A stretch of 5,726 nt of DNA, taken from IMG/VR virus record IMGVR_UViG_3300020026_000018; one strand, given 5' to 3'. Source of the DNA: a virus. The number at the start of each line of letters is the position of its first letter. Positions within the stretch are counted from its first letter, which is position 1. This document shows, piece after piece, positions 1-5,019 of the stretch. The notes under the pieces were generated by a model. It was given only the letters and a program-made list of their open reading frames with translations, searched no databases and was not told the origin of the DNA. The position numbers were made by a program, and so were the translations under genes.

Positions 1-121
1 CATACAAACCGATAATACTATCAAGCAAAGGTATAGGGAAAGGGTTTGTAAAAAGATATGGATTCGAAAGAGCAAAATACCAAGGAATAGATACAAAAGA
101 TGAATATGTAACAAAGAGCGG
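1..121. repeat. Terminal redundancy, left copy. It is identical to 5606-5726 and marks circular closure of a 5605-nt genome.
   Basis: A base-by-base comparison shows 1-121 (catacaaaccgataatac...acaaagagcgg) equals 5606-5726. The VP4 reading frame passes through the junction without a stop. Confidence 0.97.
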
Positions 122-401
122 ACATAAGGTGGGGATTCCGATATACTATAAAAATAAAAGGTATACGGAAGAAGAAAGAGAGAAGCTATGGCTCCAAAAA
201 CTCGATAAAAACGAGAGATGGGTAGGTGGAGAAAAAGTAAAAGCAGACGACGATAAAGAGTATTACGGTCTACTAGAATACTACAGAAGGTTAAACAGAG
301 AGATGGGATACGGAAGCCCGGATGATTGGGACGTAGTCCAATACGAAAACGACAGGCGTAAAATAATACAAGCCAGGCGGCTAGAAGGATATGAAGAATG
401 A
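1..401 (+). CDS. VP4: Replication initiation protein (VP4 / gpA-like), C-terminal portion. It continues the ORF that starts at 5020, and codons are in phase from base 3. Bases 1-121 duplicate 5606-5726.
   Basis: The frame (position mod 3 = 0) matches frame 5020 once the 5605-nt unit length is subtracted. Translation reads YKPIILSSKGIGKGFVKRYGFERAKYQGIDTKDEYVTKSGHKVGIPIYYKNKRYTEEEREKLW... and ends at TGA 399-401. The track ORF 129-401 is only the part downstream of an internal GTG. The complete protein is 987 nt, or 328 aa. Confidence 0.9.
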   Translation, partial: YKPIILSSKGIGKGFVKRYGFERAKYQGIDTKDEYVTKSGHKVGIPIYYKNKRYTEEEREKLWLQKLDKNERWVGGEKVKADDDKEYYGLLEYYRRLNREMGYGSPDDWDVVQYENDRRKIIQARRLEGYEE

Positions 402-666
402 AATGCTGAGTTCTACACAGCTCAACAAATTATACAAGGGTGTGGGGGATGGTATTGCGTCCCAGGGGGCTGTCTCGCTGTCGCTCGTGGGAACCCCTGG
501 GACGCAATACCAAGTGTGGGTGTATGTGTGGAGCGACACAAAGGCGCTCGCCGCTCGGGCTGCCTACCCGGCAGGGGCATTTCAGCGGTTTAGTTTTACA
601 AACAGGAGCGGGAGTACCCGCCCCCTACCGGGGAGGAGTAAAACAGCTAAAAAACACCCACATTAG
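391..666 (+). CDS. Doubtful ORF (91 aa) across the GC-rich island. Listed only because it is open; more likely noncoding.
   Basis: The ATG overlaps the VP4 stop. Codon choice (GCT, GTC, CTC, GCC, TCC) departs from the strong NNA preference of the confident genes. A second frame (440-682) is also open, as expected for GC-rich non-coding DNA. The ORF contains an 18-bp perfect inverted repeat. Confidence 0.2.
   Translation: MKNEMLSSTQLNKLYKGVGDGIASQGAVSLSLVGTPGTQYQVWVYVWSDTKALAARAAYPAGAFQRFSFTNRSGSTRPLPGRSKTAKKHPH
438..664 (+). other. GC-rich, highly structured intergenic element. Candidates are an ssDNA replication or packaging signal, or a structured RNA; function unknown.
   Basis: A hand count gives 125 G+C in 441-640 (62.5%) against 33 in 1-100. 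It contains an 18-bp perfect hairpin (451-468 with 494-511). A 9-bp long-range helix pairs TGTGGGTGT 515-523 with ACACCCACA 654-662 and encloses 524-653. Small GC hairpins are 560-564/570-574, 608-612/617-621 and 622-625/630-633. CGCTC motifs (482, 545, 552) and GAGCG motifs (531, 606) are repeated and complementary to each other. TACC(C)G occurs three times (565, 615, 626). Confidence 0.6.
451..511 (+). repeat. Perfect 18-bp inverted repeat forming a 61-nt hairpin with a 25-nt loop.
   Basis: GGTATTGCGTCCCAGGGG (451-468) is the exact reverse complement of CCCCTGGGACGCAATACC (494-511). The loop 469-493 contains the tandem GCTGTC..GCTGTC. Confidence 0.95.
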
Positions 667-705
667 GGTATATAAAATGTGAAAACAAAGAGCGTAAATT
701 GCAGC

Positions 706-783
706 ATGAAATCAATCGTAATAGCGCTAGTATGCGCTCTAACGGCATATTGCCTAACAAACAACAAAAACAAATCAAAATGA
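706..783 (+). CDS. Small hydrophobic peptide (25 aa, MKSIVIALVCALTAYCLTNNKNKSK). Putative membrane peptide; not in the ORF track because it is under 60 aa.
   Basis: The ORF runs from ATG 706 to TGA 781-783. Its codons (GTA, ATA, CTA, ACA, GCA) match the genome's NNA preference, whereas the overlapping frame of ORF 699 uses T-ending codons here. The stop overlaps the next start as ATGA (780-783). It has a hydrophobic N-terminal stretch of about 15 residues followed by a Lys/Asn-rich tail. Confidence 0.45.
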   Translation: MKSIVIALVCALTAYCLTNNKNKSK

Positions 784-956
784 AATTCGACGTAAGCATT
801 CTCGCCTATGACGAGAAAGGAAACATTGCTCAACGGCTAGAGCTGGACAACCTAAGCATGATAATGCTAGTAGGAGTGCTAGTGGGGTTTCCCAGAAGGA
901 AGTTCGCATCAATGGTTATCACTATAGTAACCTCAACAGGCGAACAAGAAAATTAA
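780..956 (+). CDS. Hypothetical protein (58 aa from ATG 780). The track ORF 699-956 begins at a TTG that is probably not used.
   Basis: Sequence is MKFDVSILAYDEKGNIAQRLELDNLSMIMLVGVLVGFPRRKFASMVITIVTSTGEQEN. Codon usage is typical of the genome (CTA, GTA, GGA, ATA). ATG 780 overlaps the stop of the upstream small ORF. A short hydrophobic stretch reads LSMIMLVGVLVGF. Confidence 0.5.
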   Translation: MKFDVSILAYDEKGNIAQRLELDNLSMIMLVGVLVGFPRRKFASMVITIVTSTGEQEN

Positions 957-989
957 GAATAATTGTTAAACAAATTCAATTCTGAAGCC

Positions 990-1226
990 ATGTACAAAGG
1001 AAAATTTGCACCACGTAGCGATATAGCAAAGAACTTCGAATGGTGGGAAGCTGAGCACGAAAGAGCAGCCTGGGAAAACGACCAGGTGAGCGAGGAAACA
1101 CGACAAAGGTGGATACGAGAAAGGGAGGAAATGGATTTAAAATTGTGGGTGCCTAGCGACCTGATGAAGCCATACCACGAATACCGGAGGGAATGGAAAT
1201 TAGAGACCATTACATCACAGAAATAA
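990..1226 (+). CDS. Hypothetical protein (78 aa from ATG 990). The track ORF starts at TTG 963.
   Basis: Sequence is MYKGKFAPRSDIAKNFEWWEAEHERAAWENDQVSEETRQRWIREREEMDLKLWVPSDLMKPYHEYRREWKLETITSQK. It is charged and Trp-rich with genome-typical codons. I recognise no family. Confidence 0.5.
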   Translation: MYKGKFAPRSDIAKNFEWWEAEHERAAWENDQVSEETRQRWIREREEMDLKLWVPSDLMKPYHEYRREWKLETITSQK

Positions 1227-1393
1227 CGTACATAAACCTAGATGAAGACGGGTTGGTAACAAAAGTCTTCGATAACAACAAATTCCAAATCACTAAAAAA
1301 GAAAAAGGTGAAACAACACGATCAAAACATTGGGTTACCATTAGATGGTACTACTACATCAGAAGAAAGCCAGAACAACTCTCGCTTTTTTAG
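1193..1393 (+). CDS. Hypothetical ORF (66 aa). It may be the N-terminal part of a longer product fused to the 1308-1637 frame.
   Basis: ATG 1193 overlaps the end of the previous ORF by 34 nt. The reading frame overlaps ORF 1308-1637 by 86 nt. The tract A6-G-A5 (1295-1306) sits where the two frames would join. Confidence 0.35.
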   Translation: MEIRDHYITEITYINLDEDGLVTKVFDNNKFQITKKEKGETTRSKHWVTIRWYYYIRRKPEQLSLF

Positions 1394-1637
1394 CGAAGAA
1401 ATCCTGGGAAGTCCATTTACAGCAGTAATGGAGGAGGACGAATGGTTCATTACCTGGGGACGCTGGCGAGTAAGTGACAAACTAAAAAGCCGAGAAGAAA
1501 TTGATACATACATGGAAGAACAGAAATGGAACCTCATGTGTGCCTACATGGTAGCGCTGCAACAAGCAGCAAGACAATACGATAGACTAGGCGAAACACC
1601 ACCAGAACAAGAAATGCTAACTAATCAAAATCAATAA
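1308..1637 (+). CDS. Hypothetical protein directly upstream of VP1. The start is uncertain: GTG 1308, ATG 1428, or entry by a frame shift from ORF 1193.
   Basis: The frame is open from 1260. The only in-frame starts are GTG 1308 and ATG 1428 (MEEDEWFITWGRWRVSDKLKSREEIDTYMEEQKWNLMCAYMVALQQAARQYDRLGETPPEQEMLTNQNQ). Stop TAA 1635-1637 lies 1 nt before the VP1 ATG at 1639, which suggests translational coupling. Confidence 0.55.
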   Translation: MKQHDQNIGLPLDGTTTSEESQNNSRFFSEEILGSPFTAVMEEDEWFITWGRWRVSDKLKSREEIDTYMEEQKWNLMCAYMVALQQAARQYDRLGETPPEQEMLTNQNQ

Positions 1638-1638
1638 A

Positions 1639-3597
1639 ATGAGTACAGTAACGCTAGGAGGCGACAGACTGGGCGTAGAAGGAAAAATGACCGTTGAAAT
1701 GAACGGATTCCCAACAGCGCCAGCGAATATGCGCCAAATATGGCAAAACACGCAAAGCCCAGGTACATTACCTGTGGTGCTAACTGAAGTGTTATTGCCA
1801 GGGGATAAAGGGAGCTTGAAATTCAATGCGCGTGTAGACACGCTACCAACGTTAGGACCATTGTTTTCAAGCTTCAAACTACAGATAGATACATTTATAG
1901 CACCCTGGAGGCTGTATAATAGTCGAATGCGGGGAAACATGACGGGAGTAGGGCTAACAATGAACACAGTGAAACTGCCAACAATGACGCTAACCGCGTT
2001 ACCAACAGCAGAAGGAACGGATGACATTGACAATAGTCAGATAAACCCATCATGCCTACTTAAATACCTGGGGCTAAGTGGGGTCGGAATAGCACCAACG
2101 GAAGAAGAAGAACGAACGTTTAACGCAGTAGATTTGCTCATATATTGGGACATATATGAGCGATATTATGCGAACCAGCAGGAAAAGCGGGGCGCAGTCG
2201 TTCATTGTGGAGATGGTGTAGTTACATCAAAAACAATAACGGCAATAGTAGCGAGCAACGCAGATTCGAGCGTAAACGCGGTACTAGATGAAGCCCCGGC
2301 AATGGATGTAATGTTCGTAATATCGGCAGGCAGTACTATTGAAATTTCGTTCACAGGAATGACACCTCCAGACCTAAAACAAGTATACGTAAGACTAGTA
2401 AACGCAGGATTGGTAAGCCTGGAAGATTTATTCACAGGAGCGTACTCAAACACCTCATCAACAACAATACAGGGAGTCATAAATGTATCGAGATGGGGAA
2501 CGGATACAATAAAAAACTGGCAATACGAAACAGGGTCGACACCCAGAACGGTAAAGCCGAGAGTACAATTCTTCGACCTAACAAACATAGACGACGTACG
2601 ACACGAAGTATTGTCGTTCAATCAAACAACGCCGTATTCAATCAACAGCGCGAACCTGGCACCATACAAATACCTATTCGAGTCAGGAATGCCAGACATG
2701 CCAAATATACTATGCTCGCAAGAGGGATTGGGGATAAAGACGCACATTAGCGACATCAACAATAACTGGGTAGACACCACGTACATGTCAAACGTGGCAA
2801 GTGCGAGTGCGGTAAGTACAGTGGGAAATCAATTCACAATCGACAGCTTCTTATTAGCAGAAAAACTGTATCAGGTACTACTCCGGGTAGCGGTAAGTGG
2901 TGGGACGGTAGATGATTGGATGGATGCTACTTACGGAATGAAGCCAAGTGGAAAGATGGAAATGCCGATGTTCATTGGCGGTATGAGCGAGGAAGTACAA
3001 TTCCAAGCAAAATACTCAATGGCAGCAACAGAAGGGCAACCCCTGGCCACCTTAGCAGGAACCGGAGGTTTAGGAGGAAACCGAAAAGGGGGGTATGTTC
3101 GGATAAACGAAGTGAAGGAACCGAGTACGCTAATGGTAATAGCATCATTAACACCGAGGGTAGTATACACCCAGGGTAATAAATGGAGCTTGAACCTAAG
3201 CAGCGTAGACGATCTGTTCAAGCCAAAATTAAACGGAATCGGATTCGAGGACTTACAAACCGAAACACTGGCCTGGTGGGATGTAAAGCACAATGGTACT
3301 ACATGGGTGAAAAAGAGCGCAGGAAAACGCCCAGCATGGCAAAATTACCGGACAGCGGTACATAAAGCATTTGGAAATTTTGCAATCCCAAACAATATCA
3401 TGTACATGACGTTGGCGCGCCGGTATGAATATGATGAAACGACTGGAATCCAGGATTTGACGAGTTACGTCGATCCGAATAAATTCAACTTCATATTCGC
3501 GGAGGCGGACCTAAGCGCTATGAACTTCTGGGTACAAATCGAATGTGACTTACAATTGCAACGACAAGTAGCAGCAAGGGTAATGCCGAACCTGTAA
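1639..3597 (+). CDS. VP1: Major capsid protein (VP1 / phiX174 F-like jelly-roll capsid protein), 652 aa.
   Basis: This is the longest ORF. The N-terminal region LPVVLTEVLLPGDKGSLKFNARVDTLPTLGPLFSSFKLQIDTFIAPWRLYNSRM matches the pattern I remember from Microviridae capsids (vlPGD...F.vP.Rl.w). The C-terminal ...FWVQIECDLQLQRQVAARVMPNL is typical of the family. The size fits the larger non-phiX capsids with inserted loops. Confidence 0.95.
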   Translation: MSTVTLGGDRLGVEGKMTVEMNGFPTAPANMRQIWQNTQSPGTLPVVLTEVLLPGDKGSLKFNARVDTLPTLGPLFSSFKLQIDTFIAPWRLYNSRMRGNMTGVGLTMNTVKLPTMTLTALPTAEGTDDIDNSQINPSCLLKYLGLSGVGIAPTEEEERTFNAVDLLIYWDIYERYYANQQEKRGAVVHCGDGVVTSKTITAIVASNADSSVNAVLDEAPAMDVMFVISAGSTIEISFTGMTPPDLKQVYVRLVNAGLVSLEDLFTGAYSNTSSTTIQGVINVSRWGTDTIKNWQYETGSTPRTVKPRVQFFDLTNIDDVRHEVLSFNQTTPYSINSANLAPYKYLFESGMPDMPNILCSQEGLGIKTHISDINNNWVDTTYMSNVASASAVSTVGNQFTIDSFLLAEKLYQVLLRVAVSGGTVDDWMDATYGMKPSGKMEMPMFIGGMSEEVQFQAKYSMAATEGQPLATLAGTGGLGGNRKGGYVRINEVKEPSTLMVIASLTPRVVYTQGNKWSLNLSSVDDLFKPKLNGIGFEDLQTETLAWWDVKHNGTTWVKKSAGKRPAWQNYRTAVHKAFGNFAIPNNIMYMTLARRYEYDETTGIQDLTSYVDPNKFNFIFAEADLSAMNFWVQIECDLQLQRQVAARVMPNL

Positions 3598-3621
3598 AAG
3601 AGTAGTGTTCATGGGGTTTGT

Positions 3622-3678
3622 GTAAGGGGTCAGCATAGTAAGGCTGTAGTGTTTGAGCACAGCCCCTTACTTTTTTTT
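3622..3678 (+). terminator. Rho-independent terminator downstream of VP1.
   Basis: GTAAGGGG (3622-3629) pairs with CCCCTTAC (3663-3670). An alternative nested stem pairs GTAAGGCTGT (3638-3647) with ACAGCC(CC)TTAC (3659-3670). T8 (3671-3678) follows immediately, and A9 then runs into the next ATG. Confidence 0.7.
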
Positions 3679-3686
3679 AAAAAAAA

Positions 3687-4022
3687 ATGAAAATCAAAAG
3701 AATGAGAAGATCAAGACCAGAGCGAACCAGTATTCGCTGTAATGACTCCTATGAAGGTGAGTCGATTGAAGAAAAAATGCGACGGGTGAGGATGCAAAAC
3801 GCACCGATCGAGGAAACCGGACAAGGAATTTGGCCGGAAGGGAATGAAGTATTACCACTTCATGATGTAAGGACGGATAGATTCGACCTAGCGTTGGACG
3901 CAGCGAATAATACCGAAAGAGCATTGACGGCACGCGGAGAATCGGCACCAGAAATGCAGAAAGAAGAGGGGAATGTTGGCACCGGAGACGGTGAACAAGC
4001 ACCATCAGATACCAACAAATAA
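3687..4022 (+). CDS. Small conserved structural or assembly protein, putatively internal-scaffold-like (VP3-like), 111 aa.
   Basis: It has a basic N-terminus (MKIKRMRRSRPERTS). The segment GESIEEKMRRVRMQNAPIEE...VLPLHDVRTDRFDLALDAA resembles the motif GE.IE.K..R....PI......VLP..(D/N)(I/V)RTDRF(D/E)(I/L)A that I remember from small proteins of gut microviruses. It sits between VP1 and VP2. The assignment is from memory and not searched. Confidence 0.55.
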   Translation: MKIKRMRRSRPERTSIRCNDSYEGESIEEKMRRVRMQNAPIEETGQGIWPEGNEVLPLHDVRTDRFDLALDAANNTERALTARGESAPEMQKEEGNVGTGDGEQAPSDTNK

Positions 4023-4089
4023 GTACAGACGCGACTTGTTCATAAAACAATCATTAACAATGACTTAAAAGGCGGTACGCGTCTGTACT
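4022..4089 (+). repeat. 12-bp perfect inverted repeat (stem A) enclosing a 44-nt AT-rich loop. The left arm begins on the last base of the upstream stop codon.
   Basis: AGTACAGACGCG (4022-4033) is the exact reverse complement of CGCGTCTGTACT (4078-4089). The TAA stop of the preceding gene is at 4020-4022. Confidence 0.9.
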
Positions 4090-4119
4090 ATATAATCAAG
4101 TACGGTGTACCGCTTTTTT
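4067..4119 (+). terminator. Terminator-like hairpin (stem B) with a T6 tail. It cannot form at the same time as stem A.
   Basis: GCGGTAC (4072-4078) pairs with GTACCGC (4107-4113). An inner helix pairs CTGTAC (4083-4088) with GTACGG (4100-4105), using one G-U pair. T6 follows at 4114-4119 and A4 precedes at 4067-4070. Bases 4078-4088 are shared with the right arm of stem A. Confidence 0.45.
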
Positions 4120-4134
4120 AGGAAAAAAGCGGAG
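4111..4134 (+). promoter_or_regulatory. 9-bp hairpin CGCTTTTTT-AGG-AAAAAAGCG (stem C) abutting a GGAG Shine-Dalgarno-like motif upstream of VP2.
   Basis: Bases 4111-4119 pair perfectly with 4123-4131 around a 3-nt loop. The hairpin uses the T6 tract of stem B. GGAG at 4131-4134 lies 8 nt before ATG 4143. Confidence 0.5.
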
Positions 4135-4142
4135 CAAAGAAA

Positions 4143-5018
4143 ATGGATCCTTTCGGAATGATAGCACAAGCAGGTGCAGACCTGGGGTTGGGGATGATAA
4201 CACGAGGCATCAACAACAGAGATCAGCTGCAGCAACAAGGAAAGCTTAACGAGCAACAGTTCGCTATCGATGGACGAGCATTGGCGAGACAGAAAGCAGC
4301 AGAGTTACAACAGTGGAGAGACACAAGCTACGGAGCGCAGCTGGATGAAATGAAAAGGAACAACCTAAGCCCAGGTATGATGTACGGAGCAGCAGGGGGG
4401 GGAGCTGGTCAACTAGGTGGAAGCACAGGAAGCGTAAACGCACCAAAAGCAGCAACGCCCGGGAATGAAGTGCTAGGAATGACGGTAGCACAAAGACAAC
4501 TGATAGAAGCGCAAACAGAAAACGTCAAAGCGGATACTGCAAAGAAAAAGGGAGTAGACACAGACCTCACGCGAGAACAAGGAAGGATGACACATATCGC
4601 GGCCAACCTAGCAGCACACACGCAACAAGAAGCGGAGCAAATAATGTGGGCACAGGCGAAAAAGCTCACGGAAGAAGCGAAAGCCGCGGGAAACATGGTA
4701 GACGCAGAGTTAAAGAAAAAGCAAGCGGACGCAATAGGGGCATTCATAATGAATGAAATAAGATGGGTGGAGAAAGACAAGACCGAAGCAGAGCTAAAAG
4801 CAATAGGCGAAACAGTAGCGCAAAAATGGAAAGCGCTAGAAATACAACAGGGGCACCTGGATATACAAAAGTTTGTGCAAGACGTAAGTAATAGCACAAA
4901 ACTAACGGTAGAGACGGTAACGAAGTTAGCCCAAATGGTGGGAGGTGGAGTAATTAAAGGGATTCCAAACAAGACGATCAAAACCCATGAATTGGGTAAG
5001 TCGACAAAAATAGAGTAA
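4143..5018 (+). CDS. VP2: DNA pilot / minor capsid protein (VP2, phiX174 H-like), 291 aa.
   Basis: The layout matches microvirus VP2/H proteins as I remember them. The N-terminus reads MDPFGMIAQAGADLGLGMITRGINNRDQLQQQ. A Gly-rich segment (GAAGGGAGQLGGSTGS) is followed by a long Ala/Gln/Glu/Lys-rich stretch that looks like coiled coil. The gene lies directly upstream of VP4, with TAA 5016-5018 and ATG 5020. Confidence 0.8.
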   Translation: MDPFGMIAQAGADLGLGMITRGINNRDQLQQQGKLNEQQFAIDGRALARQKAAELQQWRDTSYGAQLDEMKRNNLSPGMMYGAAGGGAGQLGGSTGSVNAPKAATPGNEVLGMTVAQRQLIEAQTENVKADTAKKKGVDTDLTREQGRMTHIAANLAAHTQQEAEQIMWAQAKKLTEEAKAAGNMVDAELKKKQADAIGAFIMNEIRWVEKDKTEAELKAIGETVAQKWKALEIQQGHLDIQKFVQDVSNSTKLTVETVTKLAQMVGGGVIKGIPNKTIKTHELGKSTKIE

Positions 5019-5019
5019 A

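Noticed and set aside
659-681. Imperfect palindrome CACATT-N11-AATGTG, with an AT-rich TATATAAAAT centre, at the 3' edge of the island. Considered as a dif-like XerC/D site or a -10 promoter element.
   Set aside because: The arms are only 6 bp and are separated by 11 nt, whereas dif sites have a 6-8 nt core. It does not resemble the dif consensus I remember. There is no suitably spaced -35 (TTGACA-like) element and no Bacteroides TAnnTTTG motif.
440-682. An 80-aa ORF in a second frame across the GC-rich island.
   Set aside because: The translation is rich in Arg, Gly, Cys and Pro and looks like junk. It starts at GTG and overlaps another open frame. The frame is open because of the high G+C content and low stop-codon frequency.
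699-779. The N-terminal extension of track ORF 699-956 (TTG start, MQHEINRNSASMRSNGILPNKQQKQIK).
   Set aside because: It starts at TTG, and its T-ending codons (CGT, AAT, GCT, AGT, TCT, CCT) are atypical for this genome. The overlapping frame 706-783 has an ATG, preferred codons and an ATGA junction with ATG 780.
1161-1190. CTGATGA followed by GAA, checked as a possible hammerhead ribozyme core.
   Set aside because: The flanking sequence does not form the three required helices, and the motif lies inside a plausible coding frame (DLMKPYHEY).
2493-3365. Plus-strand alternative-frame ORFs inside VP1 (2493-2750, 2916-3179, 3183-3365). They are very basic, which raised the idea of a J-like DNA-binding protein or an overlapping gene.
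   Set aside because: Enrichment for Arg, Lys and Asn is the expected by-product of shifting frame in A/G-rich sequence. They have no independent start context and no hydrophobic or structured features. Only conservation analysis of synonymous sites in VP1 could revive the idea.
4089-4096. TATATAAT (containing TATAAT at 4091-4096) upstream of VP2, considered as a sigma70-type -10 box.
   Set aside because: No acceptable -35 element lies at a 16-18 nt spacing. TGACTT at 4061-4066 is 24 nt away. The motif sits in the loop of the terminator-like hairpin, and the likely host group uses a different promoter consensus.
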